Positions 9,985 through 20,271 of a stretch of DNA of 64,000 nucleotides are shown here, piece after piece; the first letter of the stretch is position 1; the number at the start of each line of letters is the position of its first letter. The DNA is taken from positions 622,600 to 686,599 of the forward strand of contig OZ252215.1 of NCBI GenBank assembly GCA_965249025.1, written 5' to 3'. Both the position numbers and the translations under genes were made by a program. This DNA comes from Dehalococcoidia bacterium. Lineage in GTDB: Bacteria; Chloroflexota; Dehalococcoidia; Lucifugimonadales; CAYTFF01. The notes beneath the pieces are model-generated. The model worked only from the letters and a program-made list of their open reading frames with translations, did no database searches and was not told the DNA's origin.

Positions 9985-10944
9985 ATGAAAAAGAGGCGTC
10001 TCTTAGCACTGGAGCCAGTCGTCCAAGGAGAAACCAACACCTTTTCGATAGCAGCTAGGGATCCAATCACTGGGGAGATGGGAGTGGCAGTTCAATCCCA
10101 CTATTTTTCCGTGGGGTCCTCGGTAACTTGGGCCGAGGCCGGTGTAGGAGTAGTAGCGACACAGGCGTATGGCGGTGCCGACTTGGGTCCGCTTTTGATC
10201 GATCTGTTGTGGGAAGGCCAACCTGCCGCCGAAGCTCTGGAAGCAGGACTACGGCAGGTTGAGGGATACGAATTTCGTCAGGCCGCTGTTTTAGACGCTC
10301 AGGGTCGTGTGGCTGCCTACACAGGGAAGAGTTGCACCCCCGAGGCGGGCCACATTACAGGAGACAACGTCTCATGTCAGGCGAACGTCATGCTCAATGA
10401 CCAGGTCTGGCCTGCTATGAAAAGGGCATACGAATCTGCTCAGGGCGATTTGGCGGATAGGCTAGTGGCTGCGCTGGAGGGAGGGCAGGCCGTCGGGGGT
10501 GACTTGAGGGGCCAGCTTTCGGCAGCTATCCTCATTGTGTCTGGAGAAAAACAATCCAAAAGAGGATTGGGTCGTTTGATGGAGCTTCGAGTGGAAGAGC
10601 ACCCGAAGCCCATAGAGGAGCTAAGGCGGCTGGTGAAGCACTCTAGGGCCCATGGGTTCCTTCGCCGGGCGCGCGTTCTGGGTATGAATGGGCAGTTCAA
10701 GGAGGTCGCAGAGGCTATGAGGCAAGCGCTGGAAATGGTACCAGACCAGATGGAGTTCAGATTCTATTTGGCCGTGGGACTCTTTGGTGCCGGGGAGGAG
10801 GCGAAGGCGATTCGGATATTCAAAGAGGTCTTTTCGCTCCAACCACAGTGGGCGGAGCTAGTTCCGCGCCTCGTGTCCCGGCACATGGTAGCCGATGATC
10901 CACAGGTGATTCGGAAGATATTGGCCCAACAACCGAAGAAGTAG
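9985..10944 (+). CDS. DUF1028 (Ntn-hydrolase-like) protein with C-terminal TPR-like helices
   Basis: TFSIAARDP.TGEMGVAVQSHYFSVG, ATQA, GGD.RG..SAA, LRVEEHP.PIEEL. ATG 9985 follows GAGGAG. Confidence 0.85.
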   Translation: MKKRRLLALEPVVQGETNTFSIAARDPITGEMGVAVQSHYFSVGSSVTWAEAGVGVVATQAYGGADLGPLLIDLLWEGQPAAEALEAGLRQVEGYEFRQAAVLDAQGRVAAYTGKSCTPEAGHITGDNVSCQANVMLNDQVWPAMKRAYESAQGDLADRLVAALEGGQAVGGDLRGQLSAAILIVSGEKQSKRGLGRLMELRVEEHPKPIEELRRLVKHSRAHGFLRRARVLGMNGQFKEVAEAMRQALEMVPDQMEFRFYLAVGLFGAGEEAKAIRIFKEVFSLQPQWAELVPRLVSRHMVADDPQVIRKILAQQPKK

Positions 10945-11214
10945 ATGATCGATCACCAGGTGAGTGGGGAGTTCAAGGTGCAATCCATTACAATTCCGGC
11001 ACGGCTAAGGTGGGTTCGAACACCTTATACGAGCATGATCATGGATCAAGCGCAACGACTCGACAGCTATTTGGAGCAGCGAGATGGAGGAGAGTCGAAA
11101 AGACCCGCTTTCACGGATGTAAGGTCGGCCATCTACAAAGGTAAGAACCTGTGAGAGGCTTCGCTTCCAAAGCTCAATCCGAGACATCCCTGTTAGACTT
11201 TTTCTAAATGGAAG

Positions 11215-12621
11215 GTGTGGGTCATTAGATTAGAAGAGATCTGTCTACAATCCATTACTGAGCTTTCCAAACTTTTGCGCGAAAGGGAAGTTTCGCCAAT
11301 GGAAGTGGTGGAAGCTCATCTCGACCGGATCGATCGGTTGGACGAGAACATCAACAGCTTTCTACTAGTCCTGAGGGAGCAGTCGCTAATCGCGGCCCGA
11401 AAAGCTGAGAAAATGATTCTTGCAGGCAATTATATAGGGCCTCTACATGGCATTCCCATCGGATTGAAGGACTTGCTTCATCTCAAAGGCATACCTACCA
11501 CGGCCGGATCTAGGATTCTAGCCGATTTTGTGACCACATATGATGCCGCTGTAGGAGAGCGGCTCAAAGAGGCTGGAGCTATAATCATAGGTAAGTTGAA
11601 TCTTGATGAGCTTGCCCTGGGCGGGACCAACAGAAATCCTCACTTTGGCCCGTGTCGCAACCCTTGGGATACTACTAGAATTAGCGGTGGATCGAGTGGT
11701 GGATCTGCAGCAGCAGTAGCAGCAGGCTTGGCAATGGCTACCTTGGGCACCGACACTAGGGGGTCGATTCGCCTACCTGCAGCTTTTTGCGGAGTGGTGG
11801 GTTTGCAGCCCACCTTTGGGCGCGTAAGTAGGTATGGGATGGTCATAGCTAGGTGGACGATGGATCACATTGGTCCCTTGGCCAGAAGTGTGCGAGACAT
11901 AGCATTTATGATGAATGCGATAGGTGGTTGTGACCTCAGGGATACCTACGCGAGTGATACTCATGCATCAGACTTTACAACTTCCATAGACCAGGACATT
12001 AAGGGCTTGAAGATTGGCGTGATTAGGGAAATTGCCCAAGAGCGGACGAACCAAGAGATAAAGGACGCTGTCGACAACGCTATAAACCACCTCGAGGGGC
12101 TTGGAGCTTTGATCGAGGAGGTGTCTATTCCTTCCTTAAGTTACGCTGATGCTGTCTCAAACATAATCTCATTATGTGAGACTTCCTCAAGCCAGGAGTC
12201 GTATCTTAGAACCCACCCTAATCGATATGGAAATAGGGTGCGGGAGCGATTAGAAACAGGTTCTCTTATGTTGGCGACCCAGTATTTAAAGGCACAGCAA
12301 GCTAGGCTTTTGCTCATCAGGCAAGTCAAACAAGCATTCAAGTCCGTAGATGCCTTGGTCAGTCCCACAGTTCCTACAGTGGCGGCAAAATTGGGTAAAG
12401 AAGGCATCCAGACTATAGCAGGGACACCTTTTGCTACATTCCTTCGTTGGACAAATCTAGTAGGCGTGCCCGCAATAACGGTTCCTTGTGGTTTTACAGC
12501 CGCAGGTCTGCCGATAGGCCTTCAGTTAATTGGGCCACACTATGGTGAGGCTACTCTTTTTCGTATTGCACACTCTTACGAGTCCAGCACAACATGGCAT
12601 TTGGAGAAACCTTCTTTGTAA
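11215..12621 (+). CDS. Amidase-signature family enzyme (GatA-like fold)
   Basis: GLKD, GGSSGGSAAAVAAG and GTDTRGSIRLPA (Lys/Ser/Ser triad). No gatC/gatB nearby. Confidence 0.9.
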   Translation: MWVIRLEEICLQSITELSKLLREREVSPMEVVEAHLDRIDRLDENINSFLLVLREQSLIAARKAEKMILAGNYIGPLHGIPIGLKDLLHLKGIPTTAGSRILADFVTTYDAAVGERLKEAGAIIIGKLNLDELALGGTNRNPHFGPCRNPWDTTRISGGSSGGSAAAVAAGLAMATLGTDTRGSIRLPAAFCGVVGLQPTFGRVSRYGMVIARWTMDHIGPLARSVRDIAFMMNAIGGCDLRDTYASDTHASDFTTSIDQDIKGLKIGVIREIAQERTNQEIKDAVDNAINHLEGLGALIEEVSIPSLSYADAVSNIISLCETSSSQESYLRTHPNRYGNRVRERLETGSLMLATQYLKAQQARLLLIRQVKQAFKSVDALVSPTVPTVAAKLGKEGIQTIAGTPFATFLRWTNLVGVPAITVPCGFTAAGLPIGLQLIGPHYGEATLFRIAHSYESSTTWHLEKPSL

Positions 12622-13074
12622 CAGCTGAGCTAGGTTTTCATGACAGGGTTCCAAGATGGAATAAGAAACCGAGAGAGATAGTTCGCCCGTACAGGTTAGC
12701 TCTGATCTAAATATTGAATGTGAGGACACAGCAAAGTATACTAACCCATGCGAGATGACCAAAAAGGGCGGTCTGTGCCAGAGGCCATCAACGTATTTAG
12801 TGGTAGACCGGAACCTCTAGAAGTCTACGCCATTTTTGGTCGGAATACTTACTACTCCTTTGGTTTCGATAAGTTTCGTTATGAGCTTTATGCTGCAAGC
12901 GCCTTGCTGTGGTAGGCTGTCAGCGATGATGAGGCGAAAAAGGTGAAAAAACGAACAGTTGTAGGTAGTGTGAGGTCCTGTTGATTGAGTAGAGTAGCCT
13001 CAATAGGAGGGGAGCGGGCGTGTCGCGGGAGATATAGCAACGAGAGGGGGTTAGGACAGGGGCCTTCAACCCCT

Positions 13075-13185
13075 AGATTAAGGACTTGGTGGAGGTGGGT
13101 AAAAAGCGGTTTACCCGCGACATGGTACAAGACGCCACACGTCAGGAATTTGAACGCATCTGGTGAGAGAACAGCGATCAGAAAT
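13075..13185 (+). mobile_element. Degenerate IS3-family orfA fragment
   Basis: Reads IKDLVEVGKKRFTRDMVQDATRQEFERIW*ENSDQK, homologous to KEFMEAGKERLTRDSVRDATRQEIEQLKRENSELK of the IS at 39297-40836. Confidence 0.7.
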
Positions 13186-13195
13186 GGGGTTAAGA

Positions 13196-14068
13196 ATGCA
13201 AAACTCTAGTGCCAAGTCCAGCGTGAGTATCACAATCAACGGAAGTCGACATGAGCTCTTTGTAGATCCCTCTCGTCCGCTGCTTACTGTGATAAGGGAA
13301 GACCTAGATCTCACGGGGTCCAAGCAGGCCTGCGATGACGGGGAATGCGGTAGCTGCATTGTACTGTTGGGGAAGAAGGGCTTAATGTCGTGCTTACTCC
13401 CCGTTTCCCGAGCCCAGAACAAAGAGATAACCACTATTGAAGGGCTTGCCGCCCAGCAAGCCGCATTGGCCACTGACGGTTATAAGATCGAGCTTGGCGA
13501 ACTCCACCCGCTCCAGAGAGCCTTCCTAGAGCTCTCTGCCTCCCAGTGGGGCTTCTGTATTCCTGGCATGATTATGCAGGCGTCAGCCCTTCTTAATAAT
13601 AAACCTAACCCGACTAGGGAAGATGTGGTGAATCATCTGGCCAGAAACCTGTGCAGATGCATGGGCTATAACAAAATAATAGACGCAGTTCTCTATGCCG
13701 CTGACCTAATGGGAGAAGGGGAAAAAGGGACATGGTAGCATAGCGACGATGGCCATTCAGTTGGGCAAAGTATTCAGCGCTTGGACATTTTGAACCAAGT
13801 TACTGGTCGGGCCAAATACGCCGCAGACCTAAAGATGGAAGGTATGCTACACGCAAAGGTGCTACGCAGTCCGCACCATCACGCTCGCATTCTGTCAATC
13901 GACATTGCTGAAGCTGAAGCAATGCCAGGAGTCCAAGCAGTAATAACTGGTAAAGACATTGGGGATGCAGGAGCCATGCTGAACGCTCGCCCTCAGCCCT
14001 TCCTCCTGGCGAGAGATAAAGTGCGCTTCTTAGGAGAGGCGGTGACTGCTGAAGCCGGGCGGTCTTGA
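13196..14068 (+). pseudogene. Truncated inverted paralog of the fused [2Fe-2S]/molybdo-hydroxylase gene
   Basis: Close paralog of residues 1-~290 of 14478-17321. The Cys ligand CGFC has become WGFC, there is a frameshift near 13735, and homology ends at GEAV (~14045). Confidence 0.85.
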
Positions 14069-14378
14069 GACTACCCCAGTTGTAGGGACGCCTGATGAAG
14101 CCGTTTACCTTCTTGCTTATGACCTCAAAGACCGTGAGATAGATTATGTATAGGAACTGAACGTCTTGACCAGCTATATGCTGGATCTTATCGTAGGTCT
14201 GGGCGCCCGCAGCAAAATCATATATTGTGGAGGCCTCTTCTATCAAGGGATTCAACTGTGGGTTGTTGTAGCCCGTTCGCAAGGCTGACCGTCCTTGTGA
14301 TAGAGCCAGAAATCGAGGGTATGTGGGGTCTGCCTTGTGAACCAGCAGACTAACCCAAGTGGCGATAACCTTGCCCAT
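14046..14378 (-). pseudogene. C-terminal fragment of a third family-5 SBP
   Basis: GYNNPQLNPLIEEASTIYD...YDKIQHI...SKKVNGF matches GYSNPEVDRLLAKAKGIYD...SDKVHGY of the SBP at 793-2445. Confidence 0.75.
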
Positions 14379-14477
14379 GCCTCCTTTTTGTGTTCATCCA
14401 GAATCCATCTTTTGTCTTAAGGGAGCTACCCCAATTTAGAACCCCGTGAGATCATGGGAGTCACGAATGTTGACAGA

Positions 14478-17321
14478 TCAACGATGGCTATTGAGTGCCT
14501 TAACCACACGATCTGGCGTAATGGGAAGGTCATAAATCCTGGCGCCGGTGGCGTTTTCTATAGCATTTGCTATAGAAGCTGGGCCCGGGGAGGTAGGCAT
14601 CTCGGCTCCACCCTTAGAACCAAAAGGCCCCCCACTAAAAGGGGTTCCGGCTATTATAGTTCGCACGCTCACTGGCGCATCGCGAATCGTGGGCAGGCCA
14701 TATCCCTTTAGAGTGCGAGTCTCCCCTGGAACGAAGTGTTCACTCAGAGCGTAACTCATGCCCATGACGACCCCACCCTCCACTTGGCCTTCAAAAGAGA
14801 GGGGGTTAATTACCCTGCCGACATCTGCGGCATATACGATGCTATTGACTCTAATTTGGCCCGTCTCTATGTTCACGTCCACCTCAGAGAGCTGGGAAGC
14901 GTAGCCATAAATTGGCCCTTGGGCCGCCTCGGTCTTTTCCAAGGTGAAGGTTCCTTCATACTTAAGAGGCGTGTCTTGCTCCAGCATGCGGGAAACCAAG
15001 GTTCTAAGGGACAGTCTCTCATCTGGCATACCAGAGGAAAAGGCGCATCCGTTTTGGAAACTTATGTCTTCAGGCCTCTCCTCTAATATCTCCGCAGCGG
15101 TCTTAAACACAGCTTCCTTGAGGTCTTTGCACGCCTTAGATATGGCTCCTCCGACATGCATAGATGTCCTTTGGCCGCTGGTGCCAACGGGATAGGGAGC
15201 CAGTAATGTGTCGCCATAAATCATGGCCACAGAGCTGAGTGGTAAACCTAGCTCTTCAGCCGCAATCTGGGCCAGCCCTGTTATGACCCCTTGACCTTTC
15301 TCCACCACTCCCACAAGGACTCTGACCTGGCCATCCTCCGTAAGCTCCACCGCAGTTCTCGCCGGTCCTAGCTTTCTGCCATGCCAACCGCCACCAGCAT
15401 CCTCTCCCCTACCGCCGCCATTGACCTGCCACACGGCAGCTAAGCCAATACCTCGTTTCCACGGATGTGCAGGAGGAGCCGTTTTTACGCGCCCAAAGGC
15501 CTCTTGGTATGGCTGTCGTAGAGCCTCCAGGGTAGGCCTAGCGCCAACGCTCTCGTCTAGTAGCTCTCCAGAGGCCATATAATGGCCCACGTCCATGGCG
15601 TTGCGAATCCGCAGTTCAAATGGGCCCATTTGTAGCTTCTGAGCCAGCAAGTCCATCTGAGAATCCCAGGCGAAGGCTAGTTGAGGCATGTTGGTGCCCC
15701 GCATTGGAATACTACGAGGCCGGTTTGTACACACCTCGTATACTTTAATCCGAACGTTGAGAACATCGTATGGCCCGGTAGCCAGCAAAGCGATGCCCCC
15801 TGTCTGGCCAGTCAAGGTGGACTTCTTGTCAGTGACCTCCGGATGAGGTATCCAGCAGCCACCATCGCCGATAATAGTCGCGTCTATGGCAACCAGCCTC
15901 CCATCTTTAGTGGCTCCGGTCTTGTATCTGAGCACATAGGAGTGAGACTTGGAGGAACCCAAAAGGGATTCCTCTCTCGAATAGACTATCTTCACGGGCT
16001 TCTTGGTCTTGTAAGCAAGAAGTGCCGCGGTGCCGGAATGCAAAAAGTCGCCTCTCATCCCGAAGTTGCCCCCCATGGAGGGGCAGATTATCCGCACTTG
16101 ATCATACCCAAGTCCCAAAAGTTCGGCGATCCAATCCCTTCCGACGAAGGGATGATGCTGGGGGCTGTGTATGGTCAAGCGACCCTCATGGTCAAGATAA
16201 GCCAGGGCAGCCTCAGGCTCCATAGCGGCGTGCTCCCAGGGTTGAGTGGTATAATTGTTCTCCACTATAGCGTCAGCTTCGGCGAAACCGCTGTCAACGT
16301 CGCCTTTGTCTACAACCCCCGCTAGGATCCAATTGTTGTAAGGTGGGTACAGTTGAGGAGAGTCGTCTTTCATTGCCTGCAAGGGGTCTAGAACAGGCGC
16401 TAAAGGCTCATATTCTACTCGAATCTTATCTACTGCCTGGGCCGCCACCTCCTCCGACACAGCCGCCACGGCAGCTATCGCCTCGCCCTTAAATCGAATC
16501 ACGTCCTGAGCAAAGATAGTGTGCTGGGGCCTGCTATTCAGCATTATCGCGGGCCCTGTAACGTCCCTAGCTGTTACTATAGCCTCCACCCCGGGTATCG
16601 TCTCCGCCTGTGAGGTGTCTATAGCCAAGATGCGGGCGTGATGATGGGGACTGCGTAGCAGTTTAGCGTACAACATCCCCTCCATCTTCAAGTCTGCGGC
16701 ATATTTAGCCTTGCCAGTAACCTCGTCTAAAGCATCCAGGCTCACTACGCTATCACCGAAGACGTGGCCGTCAGTCGAAGCCTTTCTAGGTCTCTTTTGA
16801 CCACCGCGCATTAGCTCGGAGGCATACAGGATAGCGTCTATAATCTTAATGTATCCTGTGCAGCGACAGATGTTGCGAGAGAGCCTCTTGACTATGTCAT
16901 CCCGCGTAGGATTCGGATTGCCAGTAAGAAGGGCATAAGCCTCCATGATTATTCCAGGAATGCAGAACCCGCACTGGGACGCGCCCAACTCAATAAAAGT
17001 CTCCTGGAGAGGGTGAAGATGTTCAGGGAGGCTAGCACCCGACTTTCGCTGTTTAAGATACAGAGGAGCTAGACCCTCTATAGTAATGATCTCCTTGCCT
17101 TGTCCTCTGGAGACAGGTAGAAGGCACGCCATCACACTTTTCTTGCCCAGGAGCACCATGCAACTGCCGCACTCGCCCGTATCACAAGACTTCTTGGCTC
17201 CGGTTAGGTTCAAGTCATCTCGAAGGACGTCAAGAAGAGAGCGAGAGGGATCTACGGCCAGCTTATGAAGACTCCCGTTTACGGTTAAAGCGACGGAAGC
17301 ATTTCCAAGCGATTCAGCCAT
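14478..17321 (-). CDS. Xanthine-oxidase-family molybdo-hydroxylase, fused 2x[2Fe-2S] + Moco subunit (aldehyde oxidoreductase MOP-type architecture, no FAD domain)
   Basis: GAKKSCDTGECGSC, QCGFCIPG, NICRCTGY, VTGKAKYAAD, GQGVITGLAQIAAE, FEGQVEGG, SKGGAE. Confidence 0.9.
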   Translation of the reverse strand: MAESLGNASVALTVNGSLHKLAVDPSRSLLDVLRDDLNLTGAKKSCDTGECGSCMVLLGKKSVMACLLPVSRGQGKEIITIEGLAPLYLKQRKSGASLPEHLHPLQETFIELGASQCGFCIPGIIMEAYALLTGNPNPTRDDIVKRLSRNICRCTGYIKIIDAILYASELMRGGQKRPRKASTDGHVFGDSVVSLDALDEVTGKAKYAADLKMEGMLYAKLLRSPHHHARILAIDTSQAETIPGVEAIVTARDVTGPAIMLNSRPQHTIFAQDVIRFKGEAIAAVAAVSEEVAAQAVDKIRVEYEPLAPVLDPLQAMKDDSPQLYPPYNNWILAGVVDKGDVDSGFAEADAIVENNYTTQPWEHAAMEPEAALAYLDHEGRLTIHSPQHHPFVGRDWIAELLGLGYDQVRIICPSMGGNFGMRGDFLHSGTAALLAYKTKKPVKIVYSREESLLGSSKSHSYVLRYKTGATKDGRLVAIDATIIGDGGCWIPHPEVTDKKSTLTGQTGGIALLATGPYDVLNVRIKVYEVCTNRPRSIPMRGTNMPQLAFAWDSQMDLLAQKLQMGPFELRIRNAMDVGHYMASGELLDESVGARPTLEALRQPYQEAFGRVKTAPPAHPWKRGIGLAAVWQVNGGGRGEDAGGGWHGRKLGPARTAVELTEDGQVRVLVGVVEKGQGVITGLAQIAAEELGLPLSSVAMIYGDTLLAPYPVGTSGQRTSMHVGGAISKACKDLKEAVFKTAAEILEERPEDISFQNGCAFSSGMPDERLSLRTLVSRMLEQDTPLKYEGTFTLEKTEAAQGPIYGYASQLSEVDVNIETGQIRVNSIVYAADVGRVINPLSFEGQVEGGVVMGMSYALSEHFVPGETRTLKGYGLPTIRDAPVSVRTIIAGTPFSGGPFGSKGGAEMPTSPGPASIANAIENATGARIYDLPITPDRVVKALNSHR

Positions 17322-17393
17322 AGGCCCCTCTCACGTACACTTCGTGCGAGCAAGGGAGATATTTCCTTATTGTAAATTGCAATGCCAGAATGA

Positions 17394-19106
17394 CTATCTC
17401 TCCATCCAAAGCTCCCTTAGTCTCAAGCGCAGGTCTGGCGGCTGGAAGAAGCCATGCATCTTACTGGTCATTACCGTGTACTCGGGCGGGAAGGCCTGAG
17501 GAATGAACACAGCGTCCTCTAATAGGACCATTTGAGCCTTGTCATATAGTAACCTGGCCTTGGCGGTATCGTATAGGGCGACTGCCTCATCCAGGAGTCG
17601 GTCATATTCGGGGCTGATGTAGTCGTGGGTATTGGAGCCACCGAGGGAGTGGAAAACGCGGAAGAGACTCTGATGAGGGTCGCCTCTGGGACTCCAGAAG
17701 TACATGCCCGCCTTGCTCCTCGTGCCCGTCCACTCTGGCCTAAAACTAGCCCAGTAGTCTTGCGAAACTACTGTTTTTAGATCAGCTTTAATTCCCGCTT
17801 CAATAAGTTGTGCCTGGAATATCTCACACCTTCGAATCTCTGAAGCGGTGCTGCGACAATAAATCGGGATGGTCAGGCCGTTAGGATATCCCGCCTGAGC
17901 CTGCAACTGTCTGGACTTTGCCAGGTCCCTGTCGTACATCTTGATATCCGGGTTATAGGCCCAGCTTCCAGGGGGTACGACGCCGTAGGCGGCCTGGCCT
18001 CGACCATCAAAGTAGACATCGACTATCTGTTGAGGATCGAAGGCGTATCCTATAGCCTTGCGTACGTTAATGTTGTCATAAGGAGGCTGGCTGATAACCA
18101 TCCTGAAGCCATGGGTCCTGCCAGGGATTACGTATATATCTAGAGCCGCATTGTCCTCGACTATCTCTATGGTAGACGGGGTCACATACGTCACTACATC
18201 CGACTCGCCAGTGCGCACCATAGCAAGCTGCACGCTGACATCTGGGACGTCTTGAAGCAATACCTTATCGAGGTGGGGCTTTCCCTCTTCCCAGTAATTA
18301 TCGTTCCTGAGCATGGAGTTGGTTCCGGCCAGCGTCCATTTTTCCATTTTGAAGGGTCCCGTGCCCACGGGCTGTACCCCGAAATCATCCCCAAGCCTCT
18401 GAACAGCGGTAGGAGAGAGGATATGTCCGGGCCGCTCGGAGAGCTGCGCAAGCAGAGGGCGAGAGGGCTGCTTCAGGTAGAACTTTACAGTATTGTCATC
18501 AACCACCTCGACTCTGTCTACAGCGCCACCAATTACCGACCTATAGGCGGAGCCTATGTCAGGATCCAGGACACGGTCGATGTTCCATTTGACTACGCTA
18601 GCATTGAAGTCCGTGCCATCGTGGAACTTGACACCTTTTTGCAAGCTGAAGGTGACGGTCTTGCCGTCGGAGCCGAATTCCCATGAGGTGGCCAAATCGG
18701 GCAGTATCCCGCCGTCGGCACCTAGCTGGACAATGTTGTTGTATACGGCAAACAGAATGACCTGCATTTCAAAGTTTCTGGTAAGGTGACCGTCTAGGGA
18801 ATCGAAATCAAAAATAGTGGCGTGGCGAAGGGTTCCACCGCTTTGAGGTTTGCCCATCACAACAGGTGTGGCAGTGGGTAATACTCTAGTTGCCGTGGGT
18901 TTAGCTGGTATGGGCGTCGGCGCTCCTGGCACCACCACCACAGTAGGTTGAGGCACACCAGAAGGAGCCGCCGGAGCAGCAGGCTGTGCCGGAGCCACTG
19001 GTGCAGGCGTCGGCTCTGCAGAAGCGCAAGCCATCGCAAGCACAAGGATTGCGGCGAGCAACCCCATTAATACGATTATTCCTTTGCTTGGTAGGTGGTC
19101 TAGCAT
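17394..19106 (-). CDS. ABC transporter family-5 substrate-binding lipoprotein
   Basis: Lipobox LAMAC, Pro-rich linker, PDLATSWEF, FHDGTDFNA, PVGTGPFK. Confidence 0.9.
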   Translation of the reverse strand: MLDHLPSKGIIVLMGLLAAILVLAMACASAEPTPAPVAPAQPAAPAAPSGVPQPTVVVVPGAPTPIPAKPTATRVLPTATPVVMGKPQSGGTLRHATIFDFDSLDGHLTRNFEMQVILFAVYNNIVQLGADGGILPDLATSWEFGSDGKTVTFSLQKGVKFHDGTDFNASVVKWNIDRVLDPDIGSAYRSVIGGAVDRVEVVDDNTVKFYLKQPSRPLLAQLSERPGHILSPTAVQRLGDDFGVQPVGTGPFKMEKWTLAGTNSMLRNDNYWEEGKPHLDKVLLQDVPDVSVQLAMVRTGESDVVTYVTPSTIEIVEDNAALDIYVIPGRTHGFRMVISQPPYDNINVRKAIGYAFDPQQIVDVYFDGRGQAAYGVVPPGSWAYNPDIKMYDRDLAKSRQLQAQAGYPNGLTIPIYCRSTASEIRRCEIFQAQLIEAGIKADLKTVVSQDYWASFRPEWTGTRSKAGMYFWSPRGDPHQSLFRVFHSLGGSNTHDYISPEYDRLLDEAVALYDTAKARLLYDKAQMVLLEDAVFIPQAFPPEYTVMTSKMHGFFQPPDLRLRLRELWMER

Positions 19107-19454
19107 AATTGCCTCTCTTTTTTTTCTACTCTACGCCTCATTTTATTCACTTTCTTGCCGAAGGCTAGGCGCAAAAGACTTTCGTTGCATCACCCATGTT
19201 TCTCTTCCCGAATCATCCGATACGACTCAGCAAATATCTCTGTGAAACTCGCCAACCTTCCTGAAGCAATTTCGGCACTGACATTGCCTGTCTCTCCACG
19301 CCTAAAGTCATAAGATGATCTGCCGCCTATGTACCTCAGCAAACACCTCTTCTAGTTTTTTTCAGGTGATCTGACGGTCTATTCGAACCATTATGAAGTC
19401 CTCCAGGTCATCCTTGAGGAAATAATCTCCCACATCCTCGTATGGACGTTTCTC

Positions 19455-19481
19455 AGTGCCCGCCCCTCAAAGGCGGGCACT
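19455..19481. other. Isolated GC-rich hairpin
   Basis: AGTGCCCGCC-cctcaaa-GGCGGGCACT, 10-bp perfect stem, no U-tract on either strand. Confidence 0.5.
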
Positions 19482-19774
19482 CTTAGGAGGAGGATGGGAA
19501 AGATATGACATACATGTAGCACTTTTGGCACAGTCTGTCAATATCCTTAAGTGTAGTGAAAGACTTTACATAAACCCAATAGCAATATCATGTTTCTTAC
19601 TGAGAATGCACTAGATCACGTAATCACATGTGACGCTGCAAACGGAAATGTAGCGAAACAGCTTTTCGGGACCTTCACTATTGAGTCATGGCTCTCCAAA
19701 ATAGTCTTGTTACCCTCAGATTGGAAAATGGCAATTCAACAAATATCTCCCAAAGGATTACCTTTTGGAGCTGA

Positions 19775-19797
19775 GAGACGGGAAAGTCGAACTCCCC
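19775..19797 (-). repeat. Displaced partial copy of the tmRNA 3' end (putative distal att site)
   Basis: GAGACGG-gaa-AGTCGAACTCCCC versus GAGACGG-gggag-AGTCGAACTCCCC at 35509-35533. The 13-bp core is identical (19785-19797 = 35521-35533). Confidence 0.7.
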
Positions 19798-20271
19798 CTG
19801 AAACGCAAGCTATCCGTACTGGTGGTCACAGCTCAGTATGCTAGGAGGCTTGACGTAGTTCGCGTCGTTTAACTGCGATCGTGGTCTACTTTTTCCGCGC
19901 TGCACGCATGAGCACGATCTTGCTACGTAGTCAGCTAATCATCTGTAACAAGTTGCGTGGTTGCCTAAGGACATCGATTATTCTGATAAAAAATTAGATG
20001 GACCGTTTCTGAAGTGTCTCCAGTCTTCAACAATTGTCAAACTTGAACTTAGTGACTGTTAAGCTTGCTGCAATTTGTTCATTCTAACGTTGTGCCGAAC
20101 TGCTACATTCTTAGACATTGATGGTGAGTGTGGCCGGCATACATATTGCCTCTGATTCTGTAAACTATTGAATCAGGTAGGTTAAAACTACCAGAACGAG
20201 TACCCCCAGACTTCCTCATCGGAGCATCTCAATAATGAGGGACTTAAACGAGAGAGCAAAGGAGGAAGTCA

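Noticed and set aside
10945-11154. 69-aa ORF between DUF1028 and the amidase
   Set aside because: No RBS or motif; may be a remnant but cannot be supported.
11215-12621. Calling the amidase gatA
   Set aside because: No gatC/gatB adjacent and the context is catabolic; only the general amidase signature is supported.
19140-19450. Protein-like minus-strand stretch upstream of the second SBP, or a riboswitch
   Set aside because: Interrupted by stops, no recognisable family, and no riboswitch consensus recognised.
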